Of a stretch of DNA of 64,000 nt, positions 1-14,130 are shown in pieces. The notes under the pieces were generated by a model that made no database searches, was not told the DNA's origin, and worked only from the letters and a program-made list of their open reading frames with translations. Location of the stretch: NCBI GenBank assembly GCA_964016885.1, contig OZ024754.1:45446001-45510000 (forward strand). The letters are read 5' to 3'. The DNA comes from Eledone cirrhosa. Taxonomy: Eukaryota. The position numbers were made by a program, and so were the translations under genes. Within the stretch, counting starts at the first letter, position 1. Each line of letters begins with the position of its first letter.

Positions 1-125
1 CTCATTCTATATTTAAATTATTATTTTTTCTGTCTCTATTTAAAATGACTTCTTTTCTATATTTTTCTTCCTTCAGTATTATAATTTCAAAGATGTCTTC
101 GAGTGTATATGTATGTGTATGGGTG

Positions 126-207
<82 letters not shown>

Positions 208-252
208 GACATACACACAGACATACACACACTCGCACAGGCTCACACACAA

Positions 253-355
<103 letters not shown>

Positions 356-734
356 CACTAGTGAAAAAGATATATATAATTTAAAATAAAAGAAAGGAAA
401 GAATAAAATACCAGAGATATGTAATTGTAGAAGGTATATAAAGAGATATTGGGAGTATCATCTCAGACAAATTGATATATAATCATACTGATGTAGAAAT
501 ACCACAGGTTGTGGCTTTAAAAGTGGTAGGTGTATCAAGGAAGGAAAACTATTGGATATTCTTGGATATTCTAGATCGAAACACCATACAACAAAGTCCA
601 TGTTAATATCGTCATATGCATTCATACACATACGTGTGTATACATACACACACGCACACACACATATATATATATATATATATACATATATATAAATATG
701 TGTATATATATATATATATGTATATATTATTATG

Positions 735-797
735 AAGGGCGGTGCCCCAGCATGGCCTCAGCCGGATGGCTGAAACAGGTAAAAGAGTAAAAGAGTA
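735..797 (+). mobile_element. 3' tail of a second SINE family
   Basis: GCCCCAGCATGGCCTCAGCCGGATGGCTGAAACAGGTAAAAGAGTAAAAGAG; near-identical reverse copy at 59653-59707 and decayed copies near 4240-4285 and 28470-28520. Confidence 0.7.
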
Positions 798-1280
798 TAT
801 ATATATACTTACATATATATATATATATAGATTGTCTTTAATGGATTAATTGTGCCAGCTGGACAATCAGATAATATAAAATAGAGAGAGAGAAAAGAGC
901 AGTCAGAGAGGGAGAGAGAAGGAAGGTGGAGCAGGGAGAGAGGGAGAGACAAGGAAGGTGGAGCAGGGAGAGATAACGAAAAGCAGATATAATAATGCCA
1001 GAAATAAACTGCATCCCTCCATGTCTTAGCTTAAAGTTCAGAATTTGATTTAATTGCTCCGTAGAAACTGTCATCATATTCTCTCGCACGGCTTTATATT
1101 GTTTATCTGATGTCGCTAAAAAATATCTGATTAATGCGAACGCCAGCGTATACAGACGTACCTTACATACAGTATATATTGGCTGTAAATGCTAATATAT
1201 CTTTATACACAAATACACTGAACTGTGCTCATTTATCCATAATAACATATATATACATACATACGTACATATATACATAC

Positions 1281-1648
1281 AGAAACAGAAAGAACACGAC
1301 TAGTTAGGAAATTACAAGTACAATCCATTAATGGAACAGTAAAAATATGTAACACATTGCAAACATTCTGCATCTATTAACTGCATATACACATGTACAG
1401 ATGCAAAGCATATGCATAGGCACACATATAACTCAAAACATCCTCATCCACACATACAATGACATCCATACTTGCACACACACATGCATGCAGATATGCA
1501 TACAGACATGCATACATTACCTAGTTTATGTTGTTTAAATTCCAATTAGAGAGTCTTGTGTCTGTTAGAAGCCGACGCTCTCTCTCTCTCTATCTATCTA
1601 TCTCTCTATTGGTACACAATTATAAAATTATAAAACAAGCAGAACATA
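1281..1648 (+). repeat. Diverged direct duplication of 6048-6378
   Basis: Shared blocks ACTAGTTAGGAAATTACAAGTACAATCCATTAATGGAA and TAACTGCATATACACATGTACAGAT. Confidence 0.85.
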
Positions 1649-2817
1649 GATACGCATATACATATATACCGACATACATACATGCAGACACACATACATA
1701 CATACATACATGAATATATGCATTTATGAATGCATGCATAAGTACATATATTTATACATATAGAGAGTGAAGGACAGGCAGACAGTCAAACAGAGAGTTA
1801 TTCATTCATACAAATAATATTATATAATAGACGGATTCCGGTGATGAGTGTGTCAGTTGTTTAATTCTAGGAACAGTCTTCTAATGCAATCAACTGTATG
1901 TGGCTGACTATTTCAGAGAACAGAATCTCTTGCATTCTTAAACAATTTTCAGCACCAAGTCTGGTCCATTTTAAACACGGCAACACAATTGTTTAAACAA
2001 ACTCACAATGAAAGTTTTTCATCTAAATATTTCACGCAGAAGACCCGACCTGTCTATCGAATACTTACTCTATTTTTCTATTATGTGTTCCACCAGACAG
2101 ACCGAGGCCATGTTGTGGCAACACCATTAGTTAAATTATTTTTCGAATTGAATCGAGGAACTGCAGATTGTGATACGAACTTCTGTCATTTATTCCTAGA
2201 TCATACACGAATATATACATGGTTATACATACAGAGATACATACAAACACACCTGTATATATATATATATATGAGAATAAACGTGCTGCGTGGTTGCTAA
2301 TGGGTTACATATGAATATAGTTAGTCCTTCATCAGTGATCTTCCAGCCGTCATTGGTATTTCATCGCTTTAAAGACCATATACCCCCGGTTGGTGCGAGC
2401 AACGGCTAAAAAAAGTCGTTGGGACACGTAAATAAAGGGGACACGAGAGTGTAAGCAAACAAAGATGGTGAAGGAACGAAAAGTGAGGAAGAAAGAGTCA
2501 AGTCCCAAATTTCCATGAATATAAGTTCGGTGAAATCGTGAACGAGAGAGAATAAAGACCATCAAACCTGGTTGGAATGTGAGCAAGGAAGGAATTCCGT
2601 ACAGGTCTAACGAGAGGAAGAAGGAATCTAGTCTGTGAATTCGGTGAACATTATATATATATATACATATATATACATATATATACATATATATATTGTA
2701 TATGTATATATATACATATATATATACATATATATATTGTATATGTATATATATACATATATATATACATATATATATTGTATATGTATATATATACATA
2801 TATGTATACATATATAC

Positions 2818-2850
<33 letters not shown>

Positions 2851-2873
2851 CATATATACATATATATATATAC

Positions 2874-2922
<49 letters not shown>

Positions 2923-3248
2923 TACATATTGTATATGTATATATATATATATGTATATATATAAGTATGTGTGTATATATAAATATAAGTGGGAACAGCA
3001 TGTATATATATAAATTTATGGGAGGCCATATATAAATATATATATTTAGTCACATACATATTACAAGCACACCTACGCGCACACACACACACACATACAC
3101 ACCGTAACACACTCACACAGACTAAGACTAAGTAAACTGCCGAAGGTTCATCTAATTTATCACTATCTTATAATACTCACCACATCACACTATAATATAA
3201 ATTACATTCACACTATATTTTATCACTTGGCATCCGCTTTGCCATTAA

Positions 3249-3301
<53 letters not shown>

Positions 3302-3779
3302 ATATATGTACATATGTATATATATACAAAATATTTATATATATTAATGTCAGTGTGCGAGATTGAGTGAATTGTTTTATATTTCGTCTTTACACCCATT
3401 CTTATCAATGCACAGATACAACTCCACACGCCAACACGAGTGTTTAAACAAACGCACGAGCATTCCCAGAGGACATTCAAATTCAGAAATAAATAAATTA
3501 ACTCCAACATACATTTATACCGATATTTTAAACCCAATCCTTCTCTCCTTTTCACACCCACAATGCATTTCTGTGAGTGTGTGGCCGGGGGTGGTGTGGT
3601 TGTTGTGGTTGCGTGTATGTGCATGTGTGTGTGTGTGTGTGTGGATGTGAGTAGTTGTGTTTGTTTGTATACATCTATACACATAGACAAACAATTATAT
3701 ATATTTATATATATGTCTATAGATATACATTAATTTACATATATATATCTACATATATAGTCTCATACATAGTAGGTCG

Positions 3780-3851
<72 letters not shown>

Positions 3852-3972
3852 CATATATATATACATATATATATATATATACATATATATATACATATAT
3901 ATATATATATACATATATATATACATATATATACATATATATACATATATATATACATATATATATATATAC

Positions 3973-4018
<46 letters not shown>

Positions 4019-4445
4019 TATATATATATATACATATTATATATATATATACATATTATATATATATATACATATTATATATATATATACATACACACAT
4101 ATATATATTTATATATATACATATATATATATATTTATATACATACATATATATATATATATACATATATGTGTCTGTGTGTGAGAGAGGGAGTTATATA
4201 TTATGTTGACCGTTTCTATGTGTTTATAGTATACGGTTTTAATCTTTTACGCTATTTATTGGTTTCAGTCATTAGACTACGGCCAGGTACCGCCTTCCGT
4301 CGACAAAATGGCGGGACATAAACTCCGACTAAAAGAGATACACACACACAGTGACACATACAGATACACACACACACAATGACACACACACACAAATAAT
4401 GTATATACAAATATATGTATATATATATATATACATATATGTATA

Positions 4446-4482
<37 letters not shown>

Positions 4483-4511
4483 GTATATATATACATATAT
4501 ATATATACATA

Positions 4512-4559
<48 letters not shown>

Positions 4560-4650
4560 TATGTATATATATATATATGTATATATATATATTTATGTGT
4601 ATATATATATACAAATATATATATATGTCTATATACATATATATAAATAA

Positions 4651-4720
<70 letters not shown>

Positions 4721-5060
4721 AATGAAAACTGAGCTAGAAGGAAAAAAGTGTTAGAGAATAAAATGGGAAATACTTGGAGAAAGCTTTAGAATATATTAGT
4801 TCCTCCAGATATCCATACCCGATAAATTCTATACTTACACCTATGGAACGCTTTTGGTGATTTCTACACCAGAACATATGTGATTTATTTAACCAGGTGT
4901 CGTAATAAACAATAATATAATATTGTAAATCAGATTCTCGGTGTGATGGTATACATGGACGCTAGTAAGTGTACTATTTAAAATATTTATGTCTATCTAG
5001 CTATATTTATTTATTGTTGCTTCTTCGTCTGTGTCCCCCTCTCTATCACAAATATATGCA

Positions 5061-5101
<41 letters not shown>

Positions 5102-5319
5102 CACTCACACAAAAACTCCACCATATATATATATAGGAGTGCGTGTATGCAAGTGTGTTTGGGAGTGAGTGTCTCTGTTTCTGTGTGAATATATATATAT
5201 ACAAACATATAAGTGTAAATAAAATAAAGCTAAACACCTGCATACATATATACATACATATATACATACCTAAATACATACAAACATACATACATACATT
5301 TATACATACATAAATACAT

Positions 5320-5927
5320 GGTGGCTGCCAACTCGTTTTCGAGTACGGCCACTACTTTATATCCATGTAGGAGAACCCCTACCGATGCGCTGAATAAGTG
5401 TGACTTTTTAGTCCAGCCAGCGACTTGAAAACTCTGGTACAAACACTACACTTGTGACAATTATTGACACATAGTGCTGGGCCCATGGTACCATGTGACG
5501 ACAAGTGCAGAGAGATCTCCAGATATAAAGCAATGCCTGTGCTGTGAAGCTTTTATAGTGAGCAAAGGCACTGCACAAAGCCAGTCCCACTCTCTTAACC
5601 AAGATGATATTTACCAAAAAGAAGAACAAGTCAACATCATTGGAAACCATCAGGGTTGCAGGTGTTATATCAGAGTTTTCCTTCTCCTAGAATTCTGCCT
5701 TGACAAAGGCTAAGGGGTCATCTCTCCTGGTGATTTTGGATGGCCATTGACTCTTAAGAGCTCCTTTGCCCTTTGACAGGTTTTGTTTTTAGTCCTGCAG
5801 GATGTCCAAAGTCACCCTCCTCACCAAGAAACCTTGGTGGGGTTGCCAGTTTAGTCGCCAACGACCCGACCATGGGACAGGTTGTACTGGGATACATGTT
5901 ACCAGTAGCACCAACTGGTGACCTGAC
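5320..5927 (-). mobile_element. Non-autonomous RTE-derived retroelement (~605 bp), copy 1
   Basis: Four near-identical copies in the window. The 3' part encodes a [14 protein letters not shown] remnant like RTE ORF C-termini; the 5' part has CTAGGAGAAGGAAAACTCTGA like RTE 5'UTRs; embedded in TACA/TA repeats. Confidence 0.75.
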
Positions 5928-7095
5928 ACATAAATACATACAAACATATATACATACATACATACATACATACATACATACATACATACATACATACATA
6001 CATACATACATACATACAGGCATACATTCATAAGAAGCTAGGCTTCACAGGAACAGAAAGAACACAACTAGTTAGGAAATTACAAGTACAATCCATTAAT
6101 GGAAGAGTAAAAATATGTAAAACATTCCAAAAATGTTGTATCTAATAACTGCATATACACATGTACAGATACAAAGCATATACACATGCACACATACAAC
6201 TCAAAACATACACATCCACACATACAATAACATCCATATCTACACATGCATGCAGACATACATACATATCTACCTAGTTGATGTTGTGTAAATTCCAATG
6301 AGAGAGTCTTGTGTCTATGTTAGAAACCGACTCTCTATTGGTAAAACTTTGTAAAATTATAAAACCAGAAGAACATACATATATACATACATATATACAT
6401 TTATACATACATACATATAAACATGCATGTTTACTTGCCTGCTTTTATGTATTTATAAGTTTGTATATAGGTATATGTATGTGTATGGTTGTGTATATAT
6501 TTTTGACTAATAAATATTTACAGTATAGCTTGTTCCTATATCTATCTGCATCTCTCGTCTTCTAGGAATTACACCTACTTGCTCCTGATTTATCCTCTCC
6601 ATATTAATGAATCTCTACAACTACAGACTCTTATCAACTAAAATATGTGTTAATAGTTGATGCTATTTTCAACCGAAGTATCTGGCACTAGAATCTCTCA
6701 ATTTTATACAATAATTTATTTGGAATATGGGACTTAACACAGTTCTGAGCAGGCTTCTCTTTATGTTGTTGTAAGATTTCGCTAACGTATATATTTAATG
6801 ATTGAGATTCGGTCGGTTTTGACGAAGAACATTTTGTTTCATATATCTAACTGGATATTCTACTTGGTAAATTTTCGTATAGACGTCCGAGTGGTTTACA
6901 GAAACGAATGCGATTTCCGAGTAACACAGCATCATAAGATCTGCACTGATAAGACATGCAAAATCTATTGGTAGGTGTTCTAAACAGTTTCCCTCTAGCC
7001 AGTTGCATGAGCGAAGTCATTTTGAGCGATGCCTATTAAGCGATGTCAGTTTGAGCAAACCTCAAACTTTTTTTTTAAAGACGCTTTGAGCGAAG

Positions 7096-7143
<48 letters not shown>

Positions 7144-7144
7144 C

Positions 7145-7300
7145 ACACGGCCCCTGCACAATTTCCTTTACCAAATTTCTTTCAAAAGGCATAGGGCGAA
7201 ACTGACGCTATAGTAGTAACGGGCTTGCTAATGTGCAACGCAATAGGACGGCACATGACACCATGTGGTCCTAAAGTGCACTTACTAACCAAATGTCCAA
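7145..7300 (-). mobile_element. Decayed 5' half of a SINE
   Basis: TACCAAATTTC..CAAAAGGC..GCTATAGTAG..CTTGC..ACCATGTGG resembles, from memory, a common octopus SINE; a related piece lies at 11750-11790. Confidence 0.45.
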
Positions 7301-7539
7301 ACTGAGGGTCAGGAAATAAATGTTTTTACAACTTAACTTACTATTCAAAATCTTAAATCGTATTGAAATTACGCAGCACGTTATTTAAAATTACACAGCT
7401 CTATAATTAAAATAATATGAGAGGCCATTTTTAAAATGAAGTTTTTGTTTTCTCTTTTATGCATCAATATTGTATCATAGACGGAAAGAATTTGTATGAG
7501 AAAGTTATATTAAAGTACATTATTTTAATATAATTCTAT

Positions 7540-10080
7540 TACTAAAACAAATTCTATAGACAACATCTTAGTAAAATATCCGGTTAATTTCATCGTCTTT
7601 GCAATACTGTAACAACAAAGGATTTCACTTACTTGCTCTAGGCTGGTCATAGCAACAGAAATCTGACCAGTGAATTATTCATTGTTTTCTTTTAGGTAGA
7701 TGCGGAAATTTGAGAGCAGTTGTACTTGAGTTTTATGGATCGTAAGACCGAAAGAGAGTTAGACATTTATTTAATACATGCATTTACATTTTGTATGGCA
7801 TTGCATGATCACATCTTTACAAAGGTATCCTTTGTATAAATCAATATTTCCATTTATGGGTGGCAGATACTATAACTGAATAAACAGTTGTGCAGTTGAG
7901 TCTCGTAATGATATATTATTTCCCATTTCAATGGCCATTAGCTGCATCGAGAGTTCGATAAACAATTGGTGCACCTACTGTGAAAGGCAATCTGTGTTCA
8001 GCGAACCTAGTTAATGAAACGTGTGTTTAAACATTCTGTTGGCTAATGATGTGCTTCATCATTATATAGGATTATGTCCCTTTTTAAATATTCTTCGATT
8101 GTTCCTAAATAGCCTTGACTTCATTAATGCTATGGTTAGCTAGACAAAGAATTGGTCGCTAACTAAATCAATCCCTAGATTCATACTTTTGCAGGATGGT
8201 GGGTATATCATTGCATATGTCGTTTTCTTTTCCAAAAATTACGAGAGTATACGTAATGTTTATTTTCGACTGACCTCACTAGGTTTGCTTTTTCCATTGT
8301 CCAATTCTAAGCAGAAGTTCCACAGTGTCTTCTCCTCAGTGTCTTACTACCGTTTATACTCATGTTACTGTAGTGTCGCATTATATTGATGTCTTCCCAA
8401 AGCCGGGAACTCTTATCCGATCCATTAGATATTTCCAACTGGTTGTATATGACACCAGTTAATAGAATATTCTATTGTAATTTCGCTAAGCACAAGATTA
8501 TTCTGCTATAATTACAGAACAAACAATATAAGTAGCTACCCACAGTATACTAGAGCTAATATTTCTTCTGGACATGTTTACGGAGAATCAGGAGACATAA
8601 TTGCAGAAGCACAGTCATGATTCAGACCCCACCAACAATGAGAAAGCATACCGCAAAGGTCATATATAATAGGAGCATCTGCATCACCAATTTGGCCACT
8701 ATCATAACTTCATCAACTTCAAAATAGACTTTGTGTGTTTTACATGAGGGTTTCATTTAGGTGATGAAGGATGAAATTGTTATCCATGTATTGCAGGCCC
8801 TGTATGAACATTGAAACAATGCATTTCTCCTGATATCTAAGAATTCTTCAAATCAACAGTTTGAGTTCGACAAGTTGATTCCTCTCTCCATTTCCTTTTA
8901 ACCTCCTCCTTGAGAATATCATGCAAGAGGTACGCACAGAGCTCCACACCCCTGTTATAGTTTGAGGAAGGACGATTTCCAGCTTAAGCTTTGCCAATGA
9001 TATTGACAATGATACCTGTCAGTAGACAGTCAAACAGTTGTCCAGGTGCCCACTCCCAGACTGAAAAAAATGTTTTTTTATCAAATATTATAGGCCTGGT
9101 GAATTCTGACTTAAATATTGGAATCTCATCATTTGTCTTTTTCCAACTCGTATTTACGTGTGCTAAATGGAGGATTTGTATTTTAAGTGGACTTATGTAA
9201 GACCACAAGGCCCCACGCAATGATCTTATGACAAGCCTCTGTTATAAATTGTGGCCATGTAATCTCTTTACAATTTGAGGTTGTTGTAAATGCAGTAAAG
9301 ATGTAGGTTATAAATGATACTTATAAGATTTTGAAATGCTTTGCAATAGCACCTGTCTAGTAAGTTTCTGTTCCCTGCTCTCAGGGTATCGCTTCCATCC
9401 ACAATTGCTTTGTATTTAGGAATGATTTAGTCCGTGATTCCTGTCCAAACACCGTAATCAATATCATATTGCTTGCGCAGTTTCCCGAATTCCCAATTTA
9501 ATTGAAATCTGATTCAGGTCGCCCTTATAATTTATAGCAGCAATAGTGTGTGGGATGAATATGTTTGTTATTGCTAATACATTTAGGATTTGTCGTGTAA
9601 CCATTAGTGCTGACCGGAAAGATATTGACGTAATGAAGAACTTGCTACCTTCAAAGTATATCACGTATAATCTGTAAGCTGTCTCAACTATTAGGCTTTC
9701 AATTGTCTCCTTTATCTGAATAACTTCTAATTTACTTGGCGTAGGCGTGTCACATCTCAACCTGAGCCAATCATTTGGAATTTTTTCTGCTCACAATATA
9801 ATTTAAGATTTTCTTCTGCGGAACCAGTAAAATAGGATTGAATATTTAGGTGTAAATTATCTTGTGACATACCTATCACGGCAGAGTAAATGATCGAATT
9901 GTTCCATTGTCTGTTTCATTATCTTAGGCTGTGTCACGAAAGAAACTAATGCAAATGCAGCTTGTTACTTTTCAGATTCTTCAATTCATTGATAGTAATT
10001 TCCATGCAGTGTCAAACTTTGACTATCTATGAATGCATTCGTCCACACAACATAGTTGTACAAAGAGCAAGGACATCTAG
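7540..10080 (-). pseudogene. Decayed Helitron RepHel (PIF1-type helicase region) with many stops and frameshifts
   Basis: Manual minus-strand translation of 7540-8490 gives SSRLWEDI..SNM, LLLRIG, RPILCLANHSINEV, PTECLNT, VGAPIVYRTLDAANGH*NG, IQRIPL, LSFGLTIHKTQ and TGQISVAMT, in Helitron helicase order. Upstream 9060-10080 is only weakly recognisable. Confidence 0.75.
8500..9050 (+). pseudogene. Decayed RTE-clade LINE reverse transcriptase fragment inside the Helitron relic
   Basis: Plus strand reads NYRT.., IIAEAQS*FRP, HNFINFK, VRQ and LSPFPFNLLLENIMQE...GRTISSLSFANDID (degenerate FADD). Confidence 0.75.
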
Positions 10081-11335
10081 AACATATTAGTATGGTTTTT
10101 ATAACATTTTTATATTTCATATTTAATAAATTCGACGACATTACACTTAGAATGTTTTCCATTGTAGACGTTTTGTAATGACGTCTTCTGGTTGTGTACT
10201 TTTAAAAGAATTATATAAATATTTAAACAAGGCGTCGTAACTGTGAAGAACATATTGAAGCAAATATGCAAACGTTATTGCCCTGTTTACATTAAACTTG
10301 CACAACTATTCTTATTTCGATAGTTCGTTTTCTCTGCATTAGTTTAACAAATTCACATTGACATCAAGCACATTTCTATAACTTCAGATTTGAAGGTATA
10401 ACAATAATTCTACTTATTTCTATTAAAATCCTGAGAATTGTAAACATTAGATTTTGTATTCTCCAATTTAACTATATGCTAGAAATTTAAGTAATCTCTG
10501 CTTTGCAACAAATCACTATCTAATGATATTTAATGAGACATATCTTTCTACGAGATTCTTTTCTGTTATTTAAACATGTAGTTGATAGAGAGGAATGGAG
10601 CTGAAGAAGAAAATGTGGGAAGATAAAAAGAACTTTAAAATCTAGACTAAAAATATTCCATTCTGAAATCCGAAATGTGTCTTGTCCCAAGGATTTCAGA
10701 TAAGAGATTGTGGCCCTGTACCACCAGACATTCTTTTTAAAATACGCCACTGTATGTACACACTTTCTACCAACATTCATAAACTTCATTCTTATGACCT
10801 CATTCCATACAATGTGACTCAATGTTCATTACATAGAAACCAAGTAGACATCTCACTCACATCACACGCTCGTTAACATATATCAACTCAACTATGTGAT
10901 ATTGTGAGGTATATATGAGATATCAAGATATTTCATATTTGAAATATACATTATCTTGATTCTGCACACAATTCTGACTGAACATTCCAGTCTTACGTTT
11001 TGTTAATCAGCGTGTATGTGTTGTCAAATACATCTCTTCCTCTCTCACACAATCCATTTATCTCACTCTCTCTCTTCCTCCCTCTCCCATATATATATAT
11101 ATATACAAATATTACTATATGCAATGTTGGTAGAACTCTCAGAATATACAAATTTAGGTTCTATTCACAATATGTTCTTCTGTCGAATGAGCGCATTTCA
11201 CTGCGGGAGTATTTAGTAACTGTCAGTCCGACATACATTCCATTTCAATATGCCCAAATGACGAGTTACGGAAATAATCCCACAGCAAAATGCGTGTATT
11301 CGACAGATGAATATGATGTGAATTTAACCTAATAT

Positions 11336-11393
<58 letters not shown>

Positions 11394-11397
<4 letters not shown>

Positions 11398-11601
11398 AGG
11401 ATGCTGAAAGGATCCTTGCTTGATTGCTGCTACAGAGGCCCTAACTTCGGAGTTCTTTTTGCAGGGCTTAGCAATAATGAAGGTCCAATGCAGTAAGTGT
11501 ATGAATCTGAGAAGGGTGATACTTTGAATAAAATCATAATTAACTGATTCACATGTATTTCATGTTACCCAAAGTGACCAACATTTCAACACCCTCTCGT
11601 A
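11394..11601 (+). mobile_element. Mariner-derived MITE
   Basis: Imperfect TIRs TAAGAGGGATGCTGAAA / TTTCAACACCCTCTCGTA with TA flanks; internal KC.NL..D.FE* remnant of a mariner transposase C-terminus. Confidence 0.65.
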
Positions 11602-12006
11602 TATATTAGACAACCGCCTGATGAGTCGCGTGGCTGAATTGAACACAGAACCTATCGACTTACGTGCACCTATACACACACACACATAGTAGTCAGCCCC
11701 GCGGCACATTCGGCCGGAATCTTATACTCTCGCCTAGGATTCACTCAGGAATTGTGAGTGAAATTTGGTAGACAAAAGATGCAGAAATCCAGAACTAAAT
11801 GGCTGCCAATATCATCGACTAAATCAAATCGATGGGAGATTATCTCTGAAATCTAATGATTGAAAGAAGTAAAATAAAAAATAACAGTGCTGATGGTGTG
11901 TCACTGTGTTTGTGTATGTGTGGCTATGTATGTGTGTGTATCTCTCGGTGTTTGCGTTATAAATTTATAAATCTGCGCGTATACACACACACGTACCTAT
12001 ATATAC

Positions 12007-12094
<88 letters not shown>

Positions 12095-12730
12095 ATGTGT
12101 ATGTGTGGACATGTATGTATATATGTATATATACAAAATACGCACAACTCCGATTATCTCTACATCTTTAATCAAAACAATTAAATCGACCAACAATTTC
12201 CAACATCTCCCAATTACTTATGTATATATTTATCTACTCCATCTTCCTTTATTTCTACACATCTACACAAACTGCAATAACCAATAAACCATCATTTCAC
12301 CAACACTGCGGCTTAATTTGCCTTTAGCTTCTTTATAATTGTAAATTGGTGATTATATGCTTTATCGCACTCGGGATTACGTTCCGCTATTACTGTGTAA
12401 TACACAAACAATATATTCACCAAAGGCAAGTTTATACACTATCCAAACAAAGCCATCGCCGTTTTCCTGATCGAAAACTACCGACTTCAATGCGTTCTAA
12501 CCACACAATCATCACGGTATATACCAAACTTACCACAACCAAATGAAGTCACAAACGTAAGTGACACCACTTGTGCAATCAATATGATTAACATTAACAT
12601 AATTGTATGTTAAAGATGTATATTCCTGAATGATGAGATGCCTGTTTCTAACTCATTGACTTCCACCTGAGCAACAGTTGTCGACACTCGGTGTGATAAA
12701 TACATTGCAACATAATGTTTTCTACGCAGA

Positions 12731-12955
12731 TAAAATAAAATAATTAAGTCAAATATTTAAAATTTGGCTTCGTTTATTAAAGGTGTACTGCTATATATAT
12801 TTCGGTGACAGCCATCCTTGGCTGTGACCTCAACAGGCAGTCCGAATTGGTGTGGTAGAGACAGGTACACATGTTGTTAAAGTGTTTAACTCCGTCAATA
12901 CTCCGATATGCCTAGTTCCCGGGTGGGTTGCTATTTCTCTGAGGAACTGGAATCA
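12731..12955 (-). mobile_element. Single diverged monomer of the family A unit; hammerhead at 12787-12841 with mutated core CTGTTGA
   Basis: Colinear with 60699-60918; ends at the same position (GAGGAACTGGAAT) next to (TA)n. Confidence 0.85.
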
Positions 12956-12990
12956 TATATATTTATATATATATATATATATATATATAA

Positions 12991-13082
<92 letters not shown>

Positions 13083-13220
13083 CTGTGTGTGTGTGTGTGT
13101 GTGTGTCTGTATGTGTATGTCTGTCTGTTTGTGTGTGTTTGCTAATTTCAACGAGCTTATGCAAAATCAGAGTGTAACACATTATCATGTAATGCATCTA
13201 TCACACCCAGAGCCGATAAT

Positions 13221-13257
<37 letters not shown>

Positions 13258-13260
<3 letters not shown>

Positions 13261-13430
13261 ACGAAGGAGTTGTAGTAAGGATCCAGATGGACCATAACGC
13301 ACCAGAGTACTCAATACTTAGGGTAGCAGAGTGGGTAATAGGAAAAAGTATGACCCCCGACGGCAGAGCTCAAGTCGTTTCGACGGCTATTTCTGAGTCC
13401 AGAAATAGCCGTCGAAACGGCTTGAGCTCT
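13258..13430. repeat. Structured repeat with an internal inversion and a 31-bp-arm hairpin; related to 45178-45267
   Basis: AGAGCTCAAGTCGTTTCGACGGCTATTTCTG agtc CAGAAATAGCCGTCGAAACGGCTTGAGCTCT; both loci start TAACGAAGGA..TGT.GTAAGGA.CCAG.TGGACC. Confidence 0.75.
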
Positions 13431-13446
13431 CTCTCTATATATATAT

Positions 13447-14130
<684 letters not shown>

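Noticed and set aside
2275-2650. Unique island with CTGATGAAGG on the minus strand (~2326-2335)
   Set aside because: No stem II closure or GAAA follows; possibly a Penelope-like remnant but not a supportable ribozyme.
9200-10000. Possible Harbinger transposase relic (MEQFDHLL, IVETA)
   Set aside because: Position and spacing fit better as the upstream continuation of the Helitron; the motifs are too weak to call separately.
11612-11645. CTGATGAGTCGCGTGGCTGAA hammerhead-like string
   Set aside because: The GAAA and NUH strands and stem I are not present.
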